From a virus (Duplodnaviria > Caudoviricetes), in the IMG/VR virus record IMGVR_UViG_3300028886_000028, positions 1 through 64,000 of that record: a DNA stretch of 64,000 nucleotides. The stretch is one strand, 5' to 3'. Shown piece after piece: positions 1 to 7,923 of this stretch. Under the pieces are notes generated by a model. That model was not told the DNA's origin. It did no database searches and saw only the letters and a list, made by a program, of their open reading frames with translations. Position 1 is the first letter of the stretch, and each line of letters begins with the position of its first letter. The position numbers were made by a program, and so were the translations under genes.

Positions 1-53
1 AGTCAAAAATGAAAGTTATTATTTATTTTTTCATACTTTTTTTTTAAATATAA

Positions 54-62
54 ATATTTATA
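54..62 (+). promoter_or_regulatory. Putative late promoter ATATTTATA (first of about 20 copies)
   Basis: Motif recurs about 15-50 nt upstream of most structural or leader-bearing genes on both strands. Confidence 0.6.
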
Positions 63-80
63 AATAAACTAAAAAGTATT

Positions 81-617
81 ATGGCTAAACAAATAATTAG
101 ACTAACCGAATCAGATTTACATAAAATTATAAGAGAATCAGTTAAAAGAATCATCAAAGAAGAAGGTGAAACTTATGGAGACTGGCGTGATGATTATGAA
201 AAGTGGAGAAATCACATTGGAAATAATGATGATGGAAATGAATTATTGAAAAATTATATTGGGAGAGCTAAGTCAGAATTTGGAGGCGATGAAAGCGCAA
301 GAATAAGTGCGTTAAATAAGCATATGGCACAAAAAGACTCTGAAAGAGAACAAAGACTTTCAAAAACTGACCCTGATTTCCTTAATTGGGAAAAGGCTTG
401 GAGTAGAAAATATGATGCTGAAAATGGAATAAATAATAATGTTGATGCAGATACTTTTGATTTCGAAGCAGAAAAGGCAAAAGCAGCAGAGCAGCGTGGA
501 AGAAGAAGAACTAAAAAGCCTTTACCAAATACCGCTAAACAAACTCCATCAAAATTTAGTGGAAAATCAGAAGAAGAACTTGAACAATTAATGAAAGATA
601 TGGGATTTGCAAAATAA
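81..617 (+). CDS. Hypothetical protein with conserved N-terminal leader (putative internal head protein)
   Basis: N-terminus IIRLTESDLHKIIRESVKRIIKE is nearly identical to that of 60030..60407; the rest is unrelated. Confidence 0.75.
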   Translation: MAKQIIRLTESDLHKIIRESVKRIIKEEGETYGDWRDDYEKWRNHIGNNDDGNELLKNYIGRAKSEFGGDESARISALNKHMAQKDSEREQRLSKTDPDFLNWEKAWSRKYDAENGINNNVDADTFDFEAEKAKAAEQRGRRRTKKPLPNTAKQTPSKFSGKSEEELEQLMKDMGFAK

Positions 618-621
618 GCAT

Positions 622-654
622 AAAAAAGGCAGTAGTTTATCTACTGCCTTTTTT
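622..654. terminator. Bidirectional rho-independent terminator
   Basis: aaaaaaggcagtag-tttat-ctactgcctttttt between convergent genes. Confidence 0.85.
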
Positions 655-658
655 CATA

Positions 659-1093
659 TTAGTAATGTTTCATAACTTTCTTGTAATACCCAATAGATTT
701 TCTTTTCCATTGTTTTTCGTAGAAGCCGCAATTCCATTGTTTAATTGCTTTTTCTACATTCATTTCGGGATTAAAATGTTCCTGAGTTAATACGAACATT
801 TCTTTTGATTTTTGAACGTCATATCTATCCCTCAAGGTATAACGTTTTTTAGATTTTTTTTCTTTTAGTAAATTATTGCACTCTTTCACTAAAACTGGAG
901 TAATTTGTAGGATTCCGCAGCAATCTCCAATCGGATTATGCGCTTTAGGATTACCTCCGCTTTCAACTTTGATGATTGCGTTCATCACACGTTCCCATTT
1001 TTTAATTTGGCTTTCTGTTTGGCTATAAGCCATTGAAGGCATAATTATTGTTATAATTAGTGCCGTTAAAATTGTTTTAATTTTTCTCATCAT
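659..1093 (-). CDS. Lytic transglycosylase / lysozyme-like (SLT) protein with signal peptide
   Basis: AIIKVESGGNP catalytic Glu motif, GILQI motif, hydrophobic N-terminal leader. Confidence 0.8.
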   Translation of the reverse strand: MMRKIKTILTALIITIIMPSMAYSQTESQIKKWERVMNAIIKVESGGNPKAHNPIGDCCGILQITPVLVKECNNLLKEKKSKKRYTLRDRYDVQKSKEMFVLTQEHFNPEMNVEKAIKQWNCGFYEKQWKRKSIGYYKKVMKHY

Positions 1094-1104
1094 TTATAAA
1101 TTTA

Positions 1105-1180
1105 AGTGAGGCTGAATAAATCCCTTATCCATTGACAGCAGCATACGTGAGAGAGAGCTATCTGCTGTACTATACCTCTT
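1105..1180 (-). ncRNA. Candidate structured 5' leader (three-way junction)
   Basis: GC-rich island with three nested stems upstream of the transglycosylase gene. Confidence 0.4.
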
Positions 1181-1192
1181 ATTAATATTCTT

Positions 1193-1564
1193 CTAATACA
1201 CGGACAATGAATAGTTTTTACTAATTTTATGATTATACCAGTCTTTTAAAACTTGTATTATGAATTTGTCTCTTTCTTCCCTATTAGGTAAAATTTTTTT
1301 AAATTGGTCTTGAATTATATAAAAGAGTTGAACGTCCGTTAGTGTTTTAACTACTTGTTTAAAATCATCAAGCCATGCAACCACTTGCTGTATTTTTGGC
1401 TTACCATCGTCGCCAATGATTGTTGCGGATGCTCTTGAAAAATTCTTGTCAAGGTAGTCTTTTACTGCCTTAACTTTTTCTCCCCATCCGCCAAACATTT
1501 CTTCAATGACAGCCTCTTCATAGAGAAGAGATTCTTTATTTTCGTTTATAATGATTTTCTTCAT
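1193..1564 (-). CDS. Hypothetical protein with leader-like N-terminus
   Basis: MKKIIINENKESLLYEE; ATATTTATA on the minus strand at 1586-1594, inside the upstream gene. Confidence 0.7.
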   Translation of the reverse strand: MKKIIINENKESLLYEEAVIEEMFGGWGEKVKAVKDYLDKNFSRASATIIGDDGKPKIQQVVAWLDDFKQVVKTLTDVQLFYIIQDQFKKILPNREERDKFIIQVLKDWYNHKISKNYSLSVY

Positions 1565-2153
1565 CTTTCAATCTATCTATTATATTATAAATATCATTAG
1601 AGACGAATTTTTCATTAAATAACGCATAAAAGGTGGCTTCTGGAATACTAAACAATTCTTTAAAGCCCAATCTTTTCCAGTAGTTGTCAGTCTTCAAAGA
1701 TTCCTCAACTGCGCACCATATAAATTCATACGCATCAAGAAAATCTTTTTGATAAAACAACATTTTTTTGTCAATGCCAGTTCCTCTTAGCCTTTCATCT
1801 ATAATAAATGAATGCCCGTTAAGTTGTTTAAACTGAATTAAAAAGCCACCAAGTTTTATATTATCATGTAGTATAGGAGAGCCGACATGAATTGGGAAAA
1901 TACTGAATATTAAAAATCCGTATATATCTCCATTTCTTTTATCTATAGCTTTAACTGAATTGTCAAGTTGAGCATTTGAATATATTAATTGTCTAATAGC
2001 CTCTTTTTGACTTGGCAAGTTGAAGCATTTGGCTAATAACTCAGTTATAACTGGAGCATCTTCGTATGTTGTATTAACAACTTCTATATTTGGTAACAGT
2101 TCTTCTCTGGTTAAATCATTGTCAACCAATCTGTTACATAAATCTATCATCAT
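1536..2153 (-). CDS. GNAT-family acetyltransferase
   Basis: IIDERLRGTGI acetyl-CoA-binding motif and YWKRLGF; start moved to the ATG at 2153, downstream of the promoter. Confidence 0.7.
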   Translation of the reverse strand: MMIDLCNRLVDNDLTREELLPNIEVVNTTYEDAPVITELLAKCFNLPSQKEAIRQLIYSNAQLDNSVKAIDKRNGDIYGFLIFSIFPIHVGSPILHDNIKLGGFLIQFKQLNGHSFIIDERLRGTGIDKKMLFYQKDFLDAYEFIWCAVEESLKTDNYWKRLGFKELFSIPEATFYALFNEKFVSNDIYNIIDRLKDEENHYKRK

Positions 2154-2175
2154 TGCGATAAATGATTTACAAATG

Positions 2176-2207
2176 CAAATATACATAAAATATATAAAAT
2201 ATGCAAA
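2176..2207 (-). promoter_or_regulatory. Bacteroidota primary-sigma promoter
   Basis: TTTG-N20-TATATTTG, matching the -33 TTTG / -7 TAnnTTTG consensus. Confidence 0.7.
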
Positions 2208-2247
2208 TATTTTACGTAAAAATTGCTTATTTTAACTTAATTTAAGA

Positions 2248-2287
2248 AAAATGGCAGAAAAAGTTTATTTCTAATTCTGCCATTTTA
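2248..2287. terminator. Terminator hairpin
   Basis: aaaatggcagaa...ttctgccatttt inverted repeat downstream of the clpC-like gene. Confidence 0.7.
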
Positions 2288-2320
2288 CTGATATAAAATA
2301 TTTGAAAATTATAGGAATTT

Positions 2321-4843
2321 TTATTTAATTTCTATGTGATTGTTATTACATGTAGCAGTGAAAGCATATTCCGGTTCATATTCATTTTCAAGAATCATAT
2401 CAGTTATTCTATCTTCAAGTGTATTTTGAACTATTCTTATTATTGGCCTTGCACCAAATTCTTTTTGCTTCATTGCTTCTTCATGTATATATGAAACAAC
2501 TGATTCATCGTATTTCAAATCATATTTTATTTCTTTGAGGCGTTTTCCAAACTTATTAATTTCAAGTTTAACAATTTCTTTTAAATTGTCATTTGTTAAT
2601 GAGTTGAAATAAATAATTTTATCAATTCTATTTAAAAATTCTGGAGTGAATTTTTTCTTTAATTCTTTTTCTATTATTGATTTTTTATTTTTAGATTCAT
2701 CAGTTACAAATCCAACTCCTTGCCCAAAATCTGACGCTTGTTTTGCTCCTACATTTGATGTCATTATAACTATTACGTTTTTAAAGTTAACCATTTGTCC
2801 GGAGCTATCTGTAAGCCTACCTTCATCGAACAACTGTAAAAATATGTTATAAACTTCTTGGTCAGCTTTTTCTATTTCGTCTAACAGTAAAACGCAATGC
2901 TGTTTGTGTTTAATAGCTTCTGTTAATTGGCCTCCATTTTCATAGCCTATATATCCTGGTGCTGCTCCTGTTAATTTTGCTACTGAACTTTTTTCTGAAT
3001 ATTCAGACATATCAATTCTTATTAACGCCTTTTCATCACCAAATATTTCTTCGGCTAGTTTTTTAGCAATAAGAGTTTTACCAACGCCAGACTGACCTGC
3101 AAATAATAAGTTAGCCATAGTTTTAGTTTTATCTCCAAGACCAACTTTATTTCTTTTTATAACTTTACAAAGTTCATTGACTGCCTCGTCTTGTCCTATT
3201 ACACATTCTTTTAATTTATCGTCTATATGTAATATTTTTTCTTTATCATTTGTTGATAATTTTGATATTGGAACATTTGTTATTTCTGATATGGTTTTTG
3301 AAATATCGTTTGAAAATATTTTTATTTTTTCTTTATCTGAAGAATTTTCTTTTCTTTTAAATTCATTGATGCGTCTTTTAACATCATTTTCTTCTATTGT
3401 TATCGCATCTATTTTTTCAAAATCACCATTATTTAGAATAATGTTTTTTTCATCCTCAATTTCATTTAACCTTTTCTTAAGCAAACTAAATTCATCAGAT
3501 TTAGAATTTTCCAAAGAAACATATGCCCCTGTTAAATCCATGACATCAAAAGCGGAATCTGGTAAACTTCTATCTGTTATATATCTTTCTGATAGTTCGG
3601 CACATTTTTTTAAAGAATCATCTGTATATTTTACATTATGAAATTCTTCGTAATATTTTTTACTGCTATTCAATATTTTTATGGTGTCTTCAACAGTGGA
3701 AGGCTCTATAACTATTCTTTGTAATTTGTTAGAAATACTAGGATTATTTTCAATGCAATTTCTATATTCTTTAAAAGAAGTAGTTCCGATAACTCTAACG
3801 TCACCTTCTGTAAGAATGTCGCTTATCATATTAGATATATCAGTATCTTTGTCTTTGCTACCGCCTTTTAATACTGATTGCATATCATCAATGAAAAGTA
3901 TATATTTATTGTTTGATTTTAATTCATCGAATAATCCTTTCACTCTTTCTTCAAACATACCTCTGAAGTGCGTTCCGCTAACTAAAGCCATTATGTTTAT
4001 TTCTACAATTTCTTTTCCTTCAAGTATTGTTGGCACATTTCCATTAATTATTTTTTGGGCTAATCCATAAACAATTTGAGTTTTTCCAACGCCTCCGTTG
4101 CCTATTAACACAACATTGTTTTTCTTTCTTCTAGCTAATACTTTAATAATTTGAGATAATTCACTATCTCTACCTACTAACTCGTCTATTTTACCTTTTT
4201 TAGCAAGCTCGTTTATGTTTGTTGTATATTTTCCTATAAATTCTCCCGCTGGTGAAACAGATGTAGTGTTTATTTCGCTTTTCAATGGTATTATTTGTTG
4301 CTTTGGCTGTTCTTTTTGTGAAAAACCATTATTATTAATGAAATTAATTCTCCTAACTGGTCTTGTTTTATTTTTATTATCTTTGCATTTGCTAAAAATC
4401 AGTTCATAGTCAATGCCAACTGTTTTAAAAATTTCTTGTATTTTTATTTCGTTGCTTGGATTTAATATTGAAAGTAACACATGTTCAGTTCCTATTTGAT
4501 TGGAGTTAGTTTTAAGTGCTTCTTTTTCAGCCCCATCCATTATTTTCGTTAATTCAAAATCAAACTCTACTTTTGTCATTCCATTTTCGCCTTTGATTTT
4601 ATTAACAATTGGCTTATTATTGTTCCTTAAAACTGATGTATAAATCTCCCTCAGTTCTTCCATGTTATTAGACATTAAGTAATTATCCAAAAACATATTA
4701 GCATGACATTTTTTAGTGTCTAAAATTGAAACGATAAGATACTCTGGCGTAAATACTTCTGTTGGAAATTCATTAACAAGAATATCAATCATATAAGAAA
4801 GAACTTCTTGTAGCTCGTAAGAATAATTTTTATTTTCTCCCAT
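2321..4843 (-). CDS. clpC: ClpA/ClpC-family AAA+ ATPase
   Basis: Clp N-domain, GNGGVGKT and GQSGVGKT Walker A motifs, RIDMSEY, GYIGY pore loop, LDEIEKA, VGF ClpP-docking-type loop. Confidence 0.9.
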   Translation of the reverse strand: MGENKNYSYELQEVLSYMIDILVNEFPTEVFTPEYLIVSILDTKKCHANMFLDNYLMSNNMEELREIYTSVLRNNNKPIVNKIKGENGMTKVEFDFELTKIMDGAEKEALKTNSNQIGTEHVLLSILNPSNEIKIQEIFKTVGIDYELIFSKCKDNKNKTRPVRRINFINNNGFSQKEQPKQQIIPLKSEINTTSVSPAGEFIGKYTTNINELAKKGKIDELVGRDSELSQIIKVLARRKKNNVVLIGNGGVGKTQIVYGLAQKIINGNVPTILEGKEIVEINIMALVSGTHFRGMFEERVKGLFDELKSNNKYILFIDDMQSVLKGGSKDKDTDISNMISDILTEGDVRVIGTTSFKEYRNCIENNPSISNKLQRIVIEPSTVEDTIKILNSSKKYYEEFHNVKYTDDSLKKCAELSERYITDRSLPDSAFDVMDLTGAYVSLENSKSDEFSLLKKRLNEIEDEKNIILNNGDFEKIDAITIEENDVKRRINEFKRKENSSDKEKIKIFSNDISKTISEITNVPISKLSTNDKEKILHIDDKLKECVIGQDEAVNELCKVIKRNKVGLGDKTKTMANLLFAGQSGVGKTLIAKKLAEEIFGDEKALIRIDMSEYSEKSSVAKLTGAAPGYIGYENGGQLTEAIKHKQHCVLLLDEIEKADQEVYNIFLQLFDEGRLTDSSGQMVNFKNVIVIMTSNVGAKQASDFGQGVGFVTDESKNKKSIIEKELKKKFTPEFLNRIDKIIYFNSLTNDNLKEIVKLEINKFGKRLKEIKYDLKYDESVVSYIHEEAMKQKEFGARPIIRIVQNTLEDRITDMILENEYEPEYAFTATCNNNHIEIK

Positions 4844-4860
4844 AATTTTCTTTTATTTAA

Positions 4861-4888
4861 AATATAGTTTTTTTTTAATAACAATCAA
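4861..4888 (-). promoter_or_regulatory. Putative TTGA-N16-TATATT class promoter
   Basis: TTGATT-16nt-TATATT; same spacing at 18505, 21656 and 53642(-). Confidence 0.5.
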
Positions 4889-4901
4889 GTGGCAAAATAT
4901 T

Positions 4902-4931
4902 TTGTTTTTTGAAAAATTTTATGTATATTTG
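4902..4931 (+). promoter_or_regulatory. Bacteroidota primary-sigma promoter
   Basis: TTTG-N18-TATATTTG upstream of the ligase. Confidence 0.7.
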
Positions 4932-4954
4932 CAACATGATAATTTTAATATTTT

Positions 4955-6067
4955 ATGGAATTACCGGTATTATATAAATTGAATATTAATAAAAAAATTA
5001 ATACATGGAAAATAATAATAGAAGAAAATTATTATTGGACTGAGTTTGGATTACTTGATGGAACAATACAAAAATCAGATAAGGTTTATTGTTTTGGCAA
5101 AAATAAAGGTAAGAAAAATGAAACAAATGATGAGCAACAAGCTTTGTTTGAAGCAAAGTCAATTTGGCTAAAAAAAATAAAAAAAGAAAATTTTTTTGAA
5201 AACGTTGAGAATGTTGCGAATATCACATTTAATCCGCCAATGCTAGCTAAAGTGTATGATGGAGAATATAAAGAAGAAATGAAATACATTCAGCCAAAAC
5301 TTGATGGAATAAGGTGCAATATTTCTATTGATGAAAACGGAAAAATAATTTCAAAAAGCAGAAAAAATAAAAACTTTTACACAACCACGCATATAGAAAA
5401 AGAACTACAAACTTTTTTTAAAGAATATCCTGATGCACATTTGGATGGAGAATTGTACAATCATAGCCTTCACAACGATTTCAATAAAATAGTTTCATTA
5501 GTAAAAAAACAAAAAATTAACGAAGATGATAGACAAAGCATCGAAAACACTGTATTGTATTATGTATATGACATTTGGCTTGACTCTTTACCTAATGCAA
5601 ATTTTAACAAAAGATTCAAAATTGTTAAAGAGTCATTGTTGCATCTGAAAAATGTAATAATTGTGCCGACGTTTAAAATAAACAGTTCAAAAGATATAGA
5701 TTATTATTTCAATATGTTTACTGATAATGGATATGAAGGGGCAATTATAAGATTAGACAATCCATATGAGCATAAAAGGAGCAAAAACTTATTGAAATAT
5801 AAAAAATTTAAAGATGATGAATTCGAAATAATAAAGGTTAACATAGGCAAAGCAAAGACTATAGCAGAGAGCATTACAATAAGGCTTAAAAATGGTAATT
5901 TATGTAACGCAACGCTTGCATTTAGTGATGATAAATGCAAAGAAATATTAGAAAATAAAGAAAAATACATAGGAAAATTGGCAACTGTTTGCTATTTTGG
6001 AGAAACAAATGATGGAATGTTAAGATTTCCGGTTGTTAAATCATTTAATAGAGAAGAGTATGAATAA
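4955..6067 (+). CDS. ATP-dependent DNA ligase
   Basis: PMLA, QPKLDGIRC (KxDG), LDGELY, GYEGAIIR, LLKYK, LRFP. Confidence 0.92.
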   Translation: MELPVLYKLNINKKINTWKIIIEENYYWTEFGLLDGTIQKSDKVYCFGKNKGKKNETNDEQQALFEAKSIWLKKIKKENFFENVENVANITFNPPMLAKVYDGEYKEEMKYIQPKLDGIRCNISIDENGKIISKSRKNKNFYTTTHIEKELQTFFKEYPDAHLDGELYNHSLHNDFNKIVSLVKKQKINEDDRQSIENTVLYYVYDIWLDSLPNANFNKRFKIVKESLLHLKNVIIVPTFKINSSKDIDYYFNMFTDNGYEGAIIRLDNPYEHKRSKNLLKYKKFKDDEFEIIKVNIGKAKTIAESITIRLKNGNLCNATLAFSDDKCKEILENKEKYIGKLATVCYFGETNDGMLRFPVVKSFNREEYE

Positions 6068-6221
6068 AAAGAAAAAATATGTGTATAAATCATATGATTA
6101 TTCATTTTATTATGAGTCTATTGTAACCAAAATTTTTAAAAAAACTATTGGAAGCGAGTTGATAAAAACAACTTTAATGGATTTGCCAGTTGGCAAATTA
6201 TTTTATTTCGATTTAGAATAA
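6060..6221 (+). CDS. 53-aa mini-paralog of major capsid protein residues about 76-106
   Basis: SIVTKIFKKTIGSELIKTTLMDLPVGKLFYF aligns without gaps to MCP PIIRRVFSKLLANDIVSVQAMNLPVGKLFFI. Confidence 0.65.
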   Translation: MNKKKKYVYKSYDYSFYYESIVTKIFKKTIGSELIKTTLMDLPVGKLFYFDLE

Positions 6222-6241
6222 TTTAAAAAAATATATAATGT

Positions 6242-6700
6242 ATGGCAAAAAAATTTAATGTTTATTGTAATAATGTTGATAAAACTTGGTATGACAGTTC
6301 AAATATAGTGTATACTGAGTGTATTGACAATGATAACGAGCCAAAAACTTTGAAAGTAGTTTTTTCTAATGGCACTCAATACCAATATAATAATGTTAAC
6401 GTTAATGATTATTTGCTATTAAGAGAAAGTCAATCCCAAGGCAAATCGCTCAATAGGTTAATTAAAGAAAAAAAATATGATTATGTTAAATTAGAAAATG
6501 CGGATTTAAATTCTATAGAAGAAGAACTTTTTTTTAGAAGTAAAAATGGTTTTTATATTGAAAATAATGAAACCGGTTTTGAAATAAAAAATAATAAAGA
6601 TGAAAGTGTATTCAAAATTTCAAAGCAATTAGATAACGAATGTTTTGAAATGGTTAATGATATTCTTAAATCTGTAGGAATAATAACTAAAATTGTTTGA
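6242..6700 (+). CDS. KTSC-domain protein
   Basis: SSNI...TLKVVFSNGTQYQYNNV...SQGK pattern. Confidence 0.7.
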   Translation: MAKKFNVYCNNVDKTWYDSSNIVYTECIDNDNEPKTLKVVFSNGTQYQYNNVNVNDYLLLRESQSQGKSLNRLIKEKKYDYVKLENADLNSIEEELFFRSKNGFYIENNETGFEIKNNKDESVFKISKQLDNECFEMVNDILKSVGIITKIV

Positions 6701-6701
6701 T

Positions 6702-6932
6702 ATGGGAGAAATATTACAAGAATGTATTGTTGAGTTTAGAATAGTGTGTGAAACATTATTTTTAACATTTTTAATTCTTAAATTAACAGATGTAGTCGCA
6801 TGGTCTTGGTGGTGGATATTTTCACCAATATTAGCGGTAATGGCATTAATATTATTTTTTTTAATTGCGTTTATAATTTTCAAACATTATGGAAAAAAAC
6901 GAGAGGAAGAAACTGTATCAGAAAGCAATTGA
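6702..6932 (+). CDS. Small two-TM membrane protein
   Basis: LILKLTDVVAWSWWWIFSPI and a second hydrophobic helix. Confidence 0.65.
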   Translation: MGEILQECIVEFRIVCETLFLTFLILKLTDVVAWSWWWIFSPILAVMALILFFLIAFIIFKHYGKKREEETVSESN

Positions 6933-6998
6933 TACTTGGGGTATGATGAATATGAAAAATAAAAAGAGTTCAAATTAGATAGGTTAAAAAAAGGCTAG
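6889..6998 (+). pseudogene. Internally deleted MazG-like gene remnant
   Basis: MEKNERKKLYQKAIDTWG joined out of frame to YDEYEK*KEFKLDRLKK, resembling the two ends of phage MazG-like proteins. Confidence 0.45.
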
Positions 6999-7013
6999 AA
7001 AAATATTGATAGT

Positions 7014-7586
7014 ATGGATATAAAAACGAATGTTAATGTTATACAAGAGACTACATGGAAAAGGGCATTAAATGCGGCTAGGAGAACAATTGGTAAAGAG
7101 CCAATAGATAAAGAACCAAGTAATAATTGGAAGGCTAGTGTATTACTTGCTGAACATTCTCCGATAAAACTTGTTGAATATCTTATTTCATATAAGGATT
7201 TAAGGCAATGGGTTGGGGTACACTTATTGAGGCATGATTTTACATTACCATTTATACATTCTCAAAGAGAAGATAGAAGAAAACTTGAATGTGATAGGGA
7301 TGAATTACCTCAAGGAACTCCAAATGACCAAGATTTTGTTGTTAATGCACAAACATTAAAAAATATTTCTAGGAAAAGATTATGTAATTGTGCTTCAAAA
7401 GAAACAAGAGAGGCTTGGCAAATGGTAAAGGATGAAATAAAGAAGTTTGACCCTATTATGGCCGACAAAATGGTTAGGAATTGCGTATATTGCGGCTTTT
7501 GCCCGGAACTTAAGTGTTGTGGGTTTGTGAATACTGATGAATATAAGAAAGAATTAGAGGCTTATAGGAAAAAGGACTACGATTAA
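7014..7586 (+). CDS. thyX: ThyX/Thy1-like FAD-dependent thymidylate synthase
   Basis: EHSP, HLLRH...SQR motif, RLC..A..ETR. Confidence 0.75.
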   Translation: MDIKTNVNVIQETTWKRALNAARRTIGKEPIDKEPSNNWKASVLLAEHSPIKLVEYLISYKDLRQWVGVHLLRHDFTLPFIHSQREDRRKLECDRDELPQGTPNDQDFVVNAQTLKNISRKRLCNCASKETREAWQMVKDEIKKFDPIMADKMVRNCVYCGFCPELKCCGFVNTDEYKKELEAYRKKDYD

Positions 7587-7600
7587 GTAGTCCTTTTTTT
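7569..7600 (+). terminator. Rho-independent terminator
   Basis: aaaaggactac-gattaa-gtagtcctttttttt. Confidence 0.85.
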
Positions 7601-7654
7601 AATAAAAACTATATTTATATATAAATAATATAGTAATAATAAAATAGTTTAATT

Positions 7655-7918
7655 ATGAATATTAAAAAATATGATGAAAATTTCATAGAAAAGTATCATG
7701 ATGATGCTGAAGATAATAATTATCTTTATGAATATAAAACTGGAGAATTACAAGCAGGAGAAATAATAGGTATGCAGACAATACCACAAGTTTGTAAAGG
7801 TACAGTGTATAATTATCCAAAAGATACAACACAGGAGTATGTTCAAATACTTGAATTCATAACAGAAGAAGGCTACCGTGAAACAGATTTGCAATTCCCT
7901 ATTTGCGATAATTGCTAA
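7655..7918 (+). CDS. Hypothetical protein
   Basis: ORF downstream of ATATTTATA at 7611. Confidence 0.65.
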   Translation: MNIKKYDENFIEKYHDDAEDNNYLYEYKTGELQAGEIIGMQTIPQVCKGTVYNYPKDTTQEYVQILEFITEEGYRETDLQFPICDNC

Positions 7919-7923
7919 TTTTT

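Noticed and set aside
1105-1180. Known riboswitch or hammerhead ribozyme
   Set aside because: Conserved core nucleotides of the purine, c-di-AMP and hammerhead families are not present on the sense strand
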